Part shown: one piece after another, positions 21,005-29,730 of the stretch
Position numbering within the stretch: position 1 is the stretch's first letter
How the letters are laid out: each line of letters begins with the position of its first letter
Assembly: GCA_965370965.1 (NCBI GenBank)
Contig: CBDUWQ010000003.1
Coordinates: forward strand, 1 to 52,878
Reading direction: 5' to 3'
DNA: 52,878 bases
Source: an uncultured Bacteroidales bacterium
Lineage (GTDB): Bacteria > Bacteroidota > Bacteroidia > Bacteroidales > SZUA-534
Made by a program: the position numbers and the translations under genes
Notes under the pieces: model-generated
What the model saw: the letters and a program-made list of their open reading frames with translations, nothing else
Databases searched by the model: none
Told to the model about the DNA's origin: nothing

Positions 21005-21209
21005 ACCTTATACTTCTAATACTTTCAACTTCAGCTGTTATTTCGTCTAATGGTGGGGCAACATCCGAATTCATGCGTAGATTTATTAATAAATCCATGA
21101 AATCGGATTGCTTTTTTTCCTTTTTAATGCTGATAAGGTTTAAATCTGCTAATCCCTTTAGAATATTTTTAGCTTTAGGGTTTAATATTTCGATTCTTAC
21201 AGTTTCCAT
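20994..21209 (-). CDS. Putative antitoxin
   Basis: 71 aa, directly upstream of and overlapping the PIN gene by 11 bp; EITAEVE..R tail. Confidence 0.7.
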   Translation of the reverse strand: METVRIEILNPKAKNILKGLADLNLISIKKEKKQSDFMDLLINLRMNSDVAPPLDEITAEVESIRSIRYED

Positions 21210-21292
21210 TTTATTTACTTTTATACAAAGTTAATATTTTTATTGGAAAGCTATTTTATTGCAGCGATAGTATAAAGTATAACTCTGTCATA

Positions 21293-22054
21293 TTAATAGT
21301 AAAAATATCCGGTTGCCTGACGTCTTCGGAAAGGGATAAACCATCCTACTTTTATTGAATATAACAGGTCTAAGCGTTGACTTTCTATTTTTTGGTTGGT
21401 TGAATAATCCCAAGCTCTGCGGTTTTCTGTCCATGCCTGAACAAACTCAAATCCCACAAAAAAATGGTAACCCCCTTTATTGCTAAAATTTTGCCACCCT
21501 ATAAACTCACTTAGCGACAACCCGTTACACATACGGTCGTATCCTTTTCGGTAATCGCCTAATACCTGAGGTGTGTTATTGCCTACATTTTCAATATAAA
21601 TTTTATGTTGTAGAAGTCCTATTCCCCCACGTATAAAAATGCCGCTGTTTTTATTATTTTTTGATACTGGTATTATTTTTCCAAATGTTGCTTTTATCTG
21701 CATGCCAGCCTGTCGCATTTTTATTGTGCTTGGCTCGCCATACATATTGGTAATTTCGTTGTTTGAATTCATAATATTCACAAGCGAGTTTTCCTTTAAA
21801 TCGTTGCCAAAAATATAAGTTGCTTCGGCTCCTAATATCCAATTTGTTGAGGTTTTATATCCTGCACCGCCTCCAATTTCAGAACTTACCCCAAATCGTT
21901 TTTGCAGGTCGCCTGCCGGAGATTGAAATGAATATGTAGCATATACAAAAGGAAAACTTTCGGGTTTAAGCTCACTATTTTGGGCGTTTGTATTTAATGC
22001 AAAAATGGTAATGAGCAGGCTTGTTATAATATTTTGTTTATATAAACGATGCAT
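21293..22054 (-). CDS. Hypothetical outer-membrane beta-barrel-like protein
   Basis: Signal peptide (TNA-Q) and alternating Gly/aromatic strands. Confidence 0.65.
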   Translation of the reverse strand: MHRLYKQNIITSLLITIFALNTNAQNSELKPESFPFVYATYSFQSPAGDLQKRFGVSSEIGGGAGYKTSTNWILGAEATYIFGNDLKENSLVNIMNSNNEITNMYGEPSTIKMRQAGMQIKATFGKIIPVSKNNKNSGIFIRGGIGLLQHKIYIENVGNNTPQVLGDYRKGYDRMCNGLSLSEFIGWQNFSNKGGYHFFVGFEFVQAWTENRRAWDYSTNQKIESQRLDLLYSIKVGWFIPFRRRQATGYFYY

Positions 22055-22222
22055 GTTTTATATTTTTACTTTTAACGGTGCAAAAATAGAAATATTATGG
22101 GAATTAATAACTCAAACAGAAAAGAAAGCTCCAAGGGTATATTTTATTACTGATATGTGAATAATACCGATTGTGAATCAAAGTTACCGATATACTTCAT
22201 TAGTATTTGTATATCAGTTTTG

Positions 22223-22270
22223 ATTCTACATCGGCATTATACCAGTAATTTTAATTTTAAAATGGTATAA
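22223..22270. repeat. 48-bp dispersed repeat, likely MITE end (ATTCTACATYGGCATTATACCAGTAATTTTRATTTTAAAATGGTATAA)
   Basis: Second copy at 45495-45542 with 2 mismatches; internal TTATACCA...TGGTATAA inverted repeat. Confidence 0.8.
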
Positions 22271-22550
22271 AACGTAGCAGGCGCTACGTTGTTCAAAAAT
22301 ACAACTCTAATGAACTACCTTGCTGCATGCAGACGAGGTATAAAAAAAAGAGATAATTATTTGCTGCAACCTGCCCGCCGTGCAACTTTGGCAGGCGGGT
22401 AAAACCCACAATGGTGGGATTCAAAACAACTGACCCTGCAAATAGTTGTGTGAATTTAGTAATCTTTGCATTAGATAATTGACTTACAAACCAAGTCTGT
22501 TATGTACTAGGTTAGATAAGATTAATTAACAATTTTACTATATTTGAAAA

Positions 22551-23546
22551 ATGAAACAAACTATACTAAAAGCCTTTTCAAGTTTTACTAATCAAAATGT
22601 TTTAATAATTGGCGATGTAATGATTGACTCGTACATGTGGGGAGCGGTAGAACGTATTTCGCCTGAAGCACCTGTGCCGGTTTTTTCTGTTACAAAAAAG
22701 GAACACCGTTTGGGTGGTGCTGCAAATGTGGGACTAAACATTAGAGCATTGGGTGCAACAGCGGTTATGTGCGCATATATTGGCGATGATGCAAATGGGG
22801 ATATTTTTAAAAGTCTTTTAAAAAAAAGGGGCATGACACATGATGGTATAATTGTTTCAACAGAAAGGAAAACAACAGTAAAAACAAGGGTAATTGGCGG
22901 CAACCAGCATTTACTAAGGGTTGATGATGAAGAAACAGCGCCTATTAACAAAGAGCAGGAAAAGCTATTTAATATCCATATTGATAAACTATTTTTGAAA
23001 TATGATTTTAATTCTATAATTTTTGAAGACTACGACAAGGGGAATATTACTCCCGGCATAATAAATTATGTGGTTAAAAAGGCAAATGCTAAAAATATAC
23101 CCACATTGGTTGATCCTAAAAAGAGAAATTTTCTTGAATATAAAGGTGTTACGCTGTTTAAGCCTAATTTTATTGAAATTTGTGAAGGGCTAAAACTCGA
23201 TATTCCAAAAGGAGACTTTAAAGCTTTGCACAATGCAGCCGGAGTATTAATAAAACAATTGGCAGTAAAACATGTAATGGTTACTTTATCTGAATTGGGA
23301 GTTTTTATTAGTGAAAATGGCAAGTTTTATAACATTCCGGCTCAAATACGCGATATTGCCGATGTGTCGGGTGCAGGTGATACTGTTATTAGTGTAGCAG
23401 CTTGTTGTTTGGCTGCAGGCTTAAGTGCCGATAAGGTGGCTACCATTGCAAATATTGCCGGTGGCTTGGTTTGCGAAAAGGTTGGTGTAGTACCTGTTAA
23501 TAAAGATGTTTTACTTAATGAAGCAATAAAATATTTTGTTAATTAA
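22551..23546 (+). CDS. D-glycero-beta-D-manno-heptose-7-phosphate kinase (HldA/RfaE1, PfkB family)
   Basis: GDVMID, RISPEAPVPV, GGAANV, DYDKG, VDPK and DVSGAGDT motifs. Confidence 0.9.
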   Translation: MKQTILKAFSSFTNQNVLIIGDVMIDSYMWGAVERISPEAPVPVFSVTKKEHRLGGAANVGLNIRALGATAVMCAYIGDDANGDIFKSLLKKRGMTHDGIIVSTERKTTVKTRVIGGNQHLLRVDDEETAPINKEQEKLFNIHIDKLFLKYDFNSIIFEDYDKGNITPGIINYVVKKANAKNIPTLVDPKKRNFLEYKGVTLFKPNFIEICEGLKLDIPKGDFKALHNAAGVLIKQLAVKHVMVTLSELGVFISENGKFYNIPAQIRDIADVSGAGDTVISVAACCLAAGLSADKVATIANIAGGLVCEKVGVVPVNKDVLLNEAIKYFVN

Positions 23547-23568
23547 AAAAAACCGAAAGGTTTTAGAT

Positions 23569-25983
23569 ATGCGTATTAACAGTAAAATAGCAGTTACAGT
23601 ATTAGTCCTTTTGTGGGCAACTGCCTATAATGCTTTATCGCAAAATAATTATGCCTTGTTTAAAAAATTATCAGAAACCGATACACCATATGAACGTTTA
23701 ATTATTTATAATTTATTGGGTAATAATTTAAAACACGCCTACCCCGATAGCGCAATGGGGTTTTATAAAAAAAGTCTTAAAATTTCTATTGCTGAAGGCA
23801 ACAATATTTTAAAAGCTAACACTATTGGATTAATAGGTAGCGTATGGGCTGTAAAAAACAGGTACGACTCGGCATATTACTATATTAACAGGAGCATTAA
23901 ATTAAATAAAAAAATAAAAAATGAGAGTGGGGTGGCCTTGGCATTAAATAGCCTTGGTTTAGTTGAATTACAAAAAGAAAATCGTGTAAAAGCAAAAAAA
24001 CAGTTTTTATTGGCTACTAACATGAGTTTAAAGCTGAACGATTCGGTTTTAATCTCACTGTCATATAATAATTTGGGGTTGCTTTATAAAAGAAATCATA
24101 ATTATGACAGTGCCCTGTATTATTATCATGAGTCGTTAAAAATAAGAGAACGATTGGGTGACAGTTGGGGTATTGGTTCAACAACTAATAATATTGCCAT
24201 TATTTATGAAAAAATAAGCAATTTTGAATTAGCACTGAAATACTTGAGAAGGTCGCTGATAATTAGGCAACAAAACGAAAATATTTATGGTGAGGCTGTT
24301 GTTAATATTAATTATGGTTTGGTTTATGAAAGCCGGGGTGAATTGAGTTTGGCTTTAAAGCACTATAAAAAATCGCTTGTGGTTATGACAAAGCTAAACA
24401 AATCCTCAAAAATAGCTTTATTACACAATAATATAGGATCGGTTTATGTAAATCTTAAAAATTTTAAATCTGGGTTTGAGCATCTGCAAAAGGGTCTTAT
24501 AATAAATAAGGAACTGGGAGACATTAGCGGGCAGATAAATAGTATTCTTGAACTTGCTGAATTTTTTGAGAAATTAAAAATATACCAAAATGCAATTAAC
24601 CATTATCAGGAAGCTCTTGCCTTATCAAAATACATTGATGATATTGCTTTAAACTCGGTTATTTATGAGGGGCTTTATAATTCATATGAACTGTTTAGTC
24701 GTTTTGACAGTGCCTTGCTTTATTACAAAAAATATGCAATGCTTAATGATAGTATTTTTAATACTTACAGCAAACGTAATATTGAAAAACTTGAAATAGA
24801 GTACCAATCGTTAAAAAAGGAGAAACAGAACCAAGACTTAATAAGACAGAACCAAATAAAAGAGGAAAACCTAAAAAGATTGTTGCTTGTGGGGGCTATG
24901 CTATTAGTAGTTTTAGCATCTATTATAGTATTTGGGTTCTTTTTTGTAAAAAGTAAAAATAAACTGGAAAAAACCTATCAATTGGTATTAGACCAACGCA
25001 ACAGCATACAAACGCAGAGCTATGAGTTAAATAGTGCATATAAAAAATTGCAGGAATTTTCGACTTTTAAAGAGCAATTGACCAATATGATTGTGCATGA
25101 TTTGAAGAACCCCCTAAATACAATATTAAATGTTGCACAAATTAATAGCTATCCCGATAAGGAGAAAGTGATATTTCAATCGGGCAAGCAAATGCTGAAC
25201 CTTGTAATGAATATTCTTGATGTTTATAAGTATGAAGGAAAATCGTTTATGCCCGAGTGTAAAGAACAGTTTGTTAATGCATTGATTTACAAGATTAAAG
25301 CCGATATGAGCTTTGTGCTTTCGGAGAAAAGCATTAAAATAAAAACCGAATTGGATTATGACTATAAAGTAAATATTGATAGCGAATCTTTTGAGCGGAT
25401 TATTGTAAACTTATTAACAAATGCCATAAAATTCAGCGACCAAGGCAGTATGATAATAATAAGTACCGAGCCGATAAAAAACAATAGGTTTAGGCTACAT
25501 GTAATTGATAAAGGCGTAGGTATTGCAAGTAAAAACATTGACGAGATATTTATGAAGTTTGAACAACGCGAAAAACGTAAATTGGGTTATTCCGAGTCAA
25601 CAGGTATTGGACTTACCTATTGTAAAATGGCTATTGAGGCTCAAGGTGGTAACATTGGTGTTACATCGGAGGTTGGGAAAGGCTCAGATTTTTATATTGA
25701 GCTGAATTATTTAGAAACAAAAACATCTGACATTGTTGAAGATGACGACAAGGAGAATTACCTTCTTTTATCTCGCGAAAACAGGAATATTTTACAACCC
25801 CACATAAAAATACTTCAAAAAAAGGATATTTTTGAAGTAACAGAAATAAGGAATATACTAAAACTGATAAATAGGGAGAACAAAGAGCTACAGGAATTTT
25901 GCAGCCAGATTGAGGGCAGCGTTTTAAACTGCAATCAACAAATGTTTAACGAGTTAATTGAGCTGGCATTAGGTAAAATCTAA
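23569..25983 (+). CDS. TPR-repeat sensor histidine kinase
   Basis: Signal peptide, periplasmic TPRs (YNNLG, NNIA, NNIG), one TM helix, HDLKNPL, NLLTNAIKF, D.GVG and GIGL. ATG at 23569 preferred. Confidence 0.92.
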   Translation: MRINSKIAVTVLVLLWATAYNALSQNNYALFKKLSETDTPYERLIIYNLLGNNLKHAYPDSAMGFYKKSLKISIAEGNNILKANTIGLIGSVWAVKNRYDSAYYYINRSIKLNKKIKNESGVALALNSLGLVELQKENRVKAKKQFLLATNMSLKLNDSVLISLSYNNLGLLYKRNHNYDSALYYYHESLKIRERLGDSWGIGSTTNNIAIIYEKISNFELALKYLRRSLIIRQQNENIYGEAVVNINYGLVYESRGELSLALKHYKKSLVVMTKLNKSSKIALLHNNIGSVYVNLKNFKSGFEHLQKGLIINKELGDISGQINSILELAEFFEKLKIYQNAINHYQEALALSKYIDDIALNSVIYEGLYNSYELFSRFDSALLYYKKYAMLNDSIFNTYSKRNIEKLEIEYQSLKKEKQNQDLIRQNQIKEENLKRLLLVGAMLLVVLASIIVFGFFFVKSKNKLEKTYQLVLDQRNSIQTQSYELNSAYKKLQEFSTFKEQLTNMIVHDLKNPLNTILNVAQINSYPDKEKVIFQSGKQMLNLVMNILDVYKYEGKSFMPECKEQFVNALIYKIKADMSFVLSEKSIKIKTELDYDYKVNIDSESFERIIVNLLTNAIKFSDQGSMIIISTEPIKNNRFRLHVIDKGVGIASKNIDEIFMKFEQREKRKLGYSESTGIGLTYCKMAIEAQGGNIGVTSEVGKGSDFYIELNYLETKTSDIVEDDDKENYLLLSRENRNILQPHIKILQKKDIFEVTEIRNILKLINRENKELQEFCSQIEGSVLNCNQQMFNELIELALGKI

Positions 25984-25989
25984 AAATTT

Positions 25990-26829
25990 ATGGAACAACG
26001 GTACAAGGTTTTTATTATAGATGATGATATAGATAATTTAAAGACTTTTATATCAATTTTTGAACAGTATTGTCCGCAATATGATATTTTTCAGACAAAT
26101 AACCCTAAAAATGCTGTTGAAATAGCATCAAAAGTACATCCTAACTTAATTGTTACCGATTGGGATATGCCCCATTTAACCGGCATTGATGTAATTAAAC
26201 AAATTAAAAACAAAAAAGAAACAAAGGATATTCCTATTATTATGGCAACGGGAGTACATATTACATCAACCGATTTGCAGTTGGCATTACATGCGGGGGC
26301 AATTGATTTTATTAGAAAACCTATTGACCCAATTGAACTTGTTGCACGTACCCATTCGGCTTTAATGGTTTTTGAGTTCCAAAAACAGGTAATTGAGGCT
26401 AAAGACCAAGAATTGACCGAAAGCTCACTTTATCTTGTAAAAAGCAATAAATTTAATGTTGACATAACTAAAAAACTACGTGAGTTGAGCACTATGATTG
26501 ACACAAAAAACGGAGATGCAATAAACCGGTTAAACCAAGCAATTAAAGAGTTTAATAACCGAATAAAGGAAGATGGCTGGTATAGGTTTAACCTGTCGTT
26601 TGACAAAGTACATAAAGGATTTAATAAGCAGTTGTTAGCCACATACCCCGAATTAACTGCCGGAGAGTTAAAACTGTGTGCATTTATTAGGTTAGGCATG
26701 AATAATAAAGATATTGCCTCGGTATTAAACCAAAGCCCCGATAGTGTAAAAGTATCGAGGTCGCGCCTTCGTAAAAAATTGTGTATTGAGCAATCGCAAA
26801 ACTTGGAGGCATTTATTTCAGGTTTTTAA
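25990..26829 (+). CDS. Response regulator (receiver plus C-terminal LuxR-like HTH)
   Basis: IIDDD, TDWDMP and KP receiver motifs; LT..E..LC.FIRLGM.NKDIA...SR.RLRKKL output domain. Confidence 0.9.
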   Translation: MEQRYKVFIIDDDIDNLKTFISIFEQYCPQYDIFQTNNPKNAVEIASKVHPNLIVTDWDMPHLTGIDVIKQIKNKKETKDIPIIMATGVHITSTDLQLALHAGAIDFIRKPIDPIELVARTHSALMVFEFQKQVIEAKDQELTESSLYLVKSNKFNVDITKKLRELSTMIDTKNGDAINRLNQAIKEFNNRIKEDGWYRFNLSFDKVHKGFNKQLLATYPELTAGELKLCAFIRLGMNNKDIASVLNQSPDSVKVSRSRLRKKLCIEQSQNLEAFISGF

Positions 26830-26912
26830 TTTTTATGGACAATTTATGAAACAAAAGTTTAAAAATATAGTAAAAGGATTATATATATAAATTTAATAAA
26901 AAAGGCATAAAG

Positions 26913-27299
26913 ATGATGGAACCCTACATTGTTGAAAAAACCAAAAAAACGCCCTATATATCTTTTGACCAGTCAATTGGGAAACTTGAAATTATAGGTT
27001 ATTCATTACCATCTGATTCGTATGAATTTTACAAACAACTATTTCAGTTAGTTGATGATTACATTGCACATCCTCAGGAAATTACCGAAATCATTTTTCG
27101 GATTGAGTATTTTAATACCAGTTCATCAAAAGTTATTCTTCACCTGATTTCAAAATTTGAGGTGCTTATATCTATGGAGAAACAGGTATCTGTTACTTGG
27201 TATGTTGAAGAAGAAGATGTGGACATGAATGAAGCCGGGAAAACCTACCAAGCCAGCACAAATTTATCAATTACAATTGTTCCGATTGATGAGGAATAG
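26913..27299 (+). CDS. SiaC-like (DUF1987) regulatory phosphoprotein
   Basis: TPYI.FD, G.S.P, YFNTSSSK and W.V.EED.DM.E.G motifs. Confidence 0.85.
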   Translation: MMEPYIVEKTKKTPYISFDQSIGKLEIIGYSLPSDSYEFYKQLFQLVDDYIAHPQEITEIIFRIEYFNTSSSKVILHLISKFEVLISMEKQVSVTWYVEEEDVDMNEAGKTYQASTNLSITIVPIDEE

Positions 27300-27497
27300 A
27301 TAACTTTTATTACCATACTAATTACACAGACCAACTTAGTGCTTGTTAAGAATTAACCTTTACATTTTAACTTGTTCTTTTACCTATTTTTAGCGTTATA
27401 AAAGTTTTAAATAAACTGTGGCTATTCGCAACTTTTATGCCTTAAAAAAAATAACTTTGTTTATTCTGAAAACCTTATTACTTAACATCATCAAAAA

Positions 27498-27515
27498 TGT
27501 TAACCTTTTGCTAAC
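27498..27515 (+). promoter_or_regulatory. Putative transcription-factor box TGTTAACCTTTTGCTAAC (copy 1)
   Basis: Exact 18-bp duplicate at 27722-27739; internal TGTTAAC/TGCTAAC direct repeat with 11-bp period. Confidence 0.6.
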
Positions 27516-27589
27516 TTCTAATTTTAACATTGTTGAAACCCCTACGTAACATTTTATATAAGATTAGTAACTAAATTATTTACATTAAT

Positions 27590-27712
27590 AATATAGCTAA
27601 AAGATAGTGTTAGTAGTAGTATAAATCAGTTTTTAAGTTTCAAAGTTCGTTCGTTTAAGCTCTATGCTTAGTTAAAGGTTAGAGTTATCTCCCCGATGCT
27701 CTATCCTTTTTA
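27590..27712 (+). ncRNA. Candidate small RNA unit 1 (5' end approximate)
   Basis: TAGTAGTAGTATAAATCAGT motif, small TAAGC/GCTTA hairpin, and terminator AAAGGTTAGAG...CTCTATCCTTTTT; no ORF. Confidence 0.45.
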
Positions 27713-27721
27713 CTAAAAAAC

Positions 27722-27739
27722 TGTTAACCTTTTGCTAAC
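27722..27739 (+). promoter_or_regulatory. Putative transcription-factor box TGTTAACCTTTTGCTAAC (copy 2)
   Basis: Identical to 27498-27515; followed by a TAAATTTG (-7 consensus match) at 27772-27779. Confidence 0.6.
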
Positions 27740-27784
27740 CAATAAAAGTTAATAGTATTTATTTTTTAGTGTAAATTTGTTTTA

Positions 27785-27895
27785 GAAAGTTTGAAAGTAG
27801 TAGTAGTTAATAAATAAGTAGAGTAGGTTTTTTTATATTTGGGCTAAGTTCAGCATAGGCTAAAGGTTTTTTAATCTTTAGCCTTTCTGATTTTT
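27785..27895 (+). ncRNA. Candidate small RNA unit 2 (5' end approximate)
   Basis: TAGTAGTAGTTAATAAATAAGT motif shared with unit 1; terminator AGGCTAAAG...CTTTAGCCT plus T-rich tail. Confidence 0.5.
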
Positions 27896-27997
27896 AACCT
27901 AAAATGAGGGATTGTATGTAAAGAAAATTGACAATGCTTTTAAAAGTTTAAAATCGCTTAATTTAAGTTTAAGATATAATTATTTATTACAAAGCTA

Positions 27998-28711
27998 TTA
28001 TTCATATAAATCCTCTTTAGGCGTATAGCCCTTTTTTGTATCTCTTAATTCTTGAGGAATAATATGCCAGATAATTCCAAATGTACCTCCTATTTCCTTC
28101 AGTCTGCTGGCTTGAATACCGTTTGGTCTATCAACAAAAATATCACTTCCCCCTGCAATTTGTATATCGTAGCGGGCATCAATGTAAATACCAAACCGGT
28201 TTGTAATGTTATATCTAATACCCAGTCCTGCTTTTATTCCAAAATCAAAATTCTTTATCTCTTGTTCATAATGTTTGTACAGATGATATTCATTCCATAT
28301 ATGCGAAAAATTTGCCGAATCGGTTGATTCGCTGAGTTTCCAGCCAAAGTAAGGACCTGCAAAAATCAATAATCTGACTTTGCCATAGCCAATCTCCCAA
28401 TGGCTAAAAAAAGGAATTTCTAAATAATTAATTGTTCGCTTAAAATATGAACCCTGTACTGTGGAGTCTTGTTCTTGCCAGCCTTTTTTTGCATAATTAA
28501 TCTCCATTTGCAGGGCGGCATTATTTTTATTATTAAACACTACAACCAACCCTGTATTAGGTAGCAAGTATGATGTTTGGTATTTTTCAATTGACGGTGG
28601 CTCAAGGTAAACGCCATGCGCACCATATCCTTGACGTACCCCTACCGAAAACTGAGCTTTTAAACCCAATGATAATATTGATAGTATAATAAACAGAAAT
28701 ACTTTATACAT
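27998..28711 (-). CDS. Outer-membrane beta-barrel protein (PorT/porin-like family)
   Basis: Signal peptide (LKA-Q), E.NY..KG, NYLEIP, AGPY.G and FDFG..AG.G motifs. Confidence 0.8.
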   Translation of the reverse strand: MYKVFLFIILSILSLGLKAQFSVGVRQGYGAHGVYLEPPSIEKYQTSYLLPNTGLVVVFNNKNNAALQMEINYAKKGWQEQDSTVQGSYFKRTINYLEIPFFSHWEIGYGKVRLLIFAGPYFGWKLSESTDSANFSHIWNEYHLYKHYEQEIKNFDFGIKAGLGIRYNITNRFGIYIDARYDIQIAGGSDIFVDRPNGIQASRLKEIGGTFGIIWHIIPQELRDTKKGYTPKEDLYE

Positions 28712-28839
28712 CGCCTAAAAATAAGGCTCAAAGCTAATTAATTTCTTTATAATTTAAACAAATATTACCTTGCTTAATATATGATAATAATTTCTAACTT
28801 AGTAAGCTAATAATTAATAACAGATTAAATTAATAAGTA

Positions 28840-29655
28840 ATGATTGAAAAATTTAAAAATACAGCAAATTTTATACTTGAAGGGTTGAATTATAAGCCAG
28901 AGGTTGGGATAGTACTTGGAAGCGGTTTAGGTGGTTTAGGTGAAAAAATTGAAGCTGATAAAATTATACCATATAAGGATATACCCGATTTTCCGGTTTC
29001 AACCGTTGAAGGTCACAAAGGAAGGTTGATAATTGGTACGCTGGGTTGTAAAAAAATAGTTGCCATGCAGGGACGTTTTCATTATTATGAAGGCTATAGC
29101 ATGAATCAGGTAACTTTTCCCATTAGGGTATTAAATTACCTGGGAATAAAATACCTTTTTGTTTCAAATGCTGCCGGGGGTATGAACCCTGAATTTAATG
29201 TTGGCGATATAATGCTTATACGCGATCATATAAATCATTTTTCGGTTAATCCTTTGGTAGGTGCAAATAATAGTGAATTAGGGCCTCGATTTCCCGACAT
29301 GAGTAAAACTTACGATAGGGAGCTTATAGTAAAAGCAAAAGAGATTGCCAAAAAGCACGATATACCTTTGCAAGAAGGTGTTTATATTGGCAGTGGCGGA
29401 CCAACATTAGAAACCCCTGCCGAGTATAAAATGTTTAGAATATGGGGTGCCGATGCTACCGGTATGTCAACAGTACCTGAGGTAATTGTGGCTCACCATA
29501 TGGGCATAAAATGTTTTGGCATGTCGGTAATTACCAATACCGATAAACCTACCGTTGATATTGATGGAACTACCCACAGTGCTGTGCAAAGTGTAGCCGA
29601 ATCGGTTGAACCAAAAATGACATTATTGATTAAGGAATTATTATTATTGATTTAG
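28840..29655 (+). CDS. punA: Purine nucleoside phosphorylase (trimeric type)
   Basis: GSGLG, GRFHYYEG, NAAGG, ETPAE and GMSTVPE motifs. Confidence 0.93.
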   Translation: MIEKFKNTANFILEGLNYKPEVGIVLGSGLGGLGEKIEADKIIPYKDIPDFPVSTVEGHKGRLIIGTLGCKKIVAMQGRFHYYEGYSMNQVTFPIRVLNYLGIKYLFVSNAAGGMNPEFNVGDIMLIRDHINHFSVNPLVGANNSELGPRFPDMSKTYDRELIVKAKEIAKKHDIPLQEGVYIGSGGPTLETPAEYKMFRIWGADATGMSTVPEVIVAHHMGIKCFGMSVITNTDKPTVDIDGTTHSAVQSVAESVEPKMTLLIKELLLLI

Positions 29656-29679
29656 ATGAAATGGTATGAATCTAAAAAT

Positions 29680-29713
29680 AAGAAAGACTCCCCAAAACTG
29701 AGGAGCCTTTCTT
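29680..29713. terminator. Hairpin between convergent genes
   Basis: AAGAAAGACTCC...GGAGCCTTTCTT imperfect inverted repeat. Confidence 0.6.
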
Positions 29714-29730
29714 ATTTAATATAATGTATC

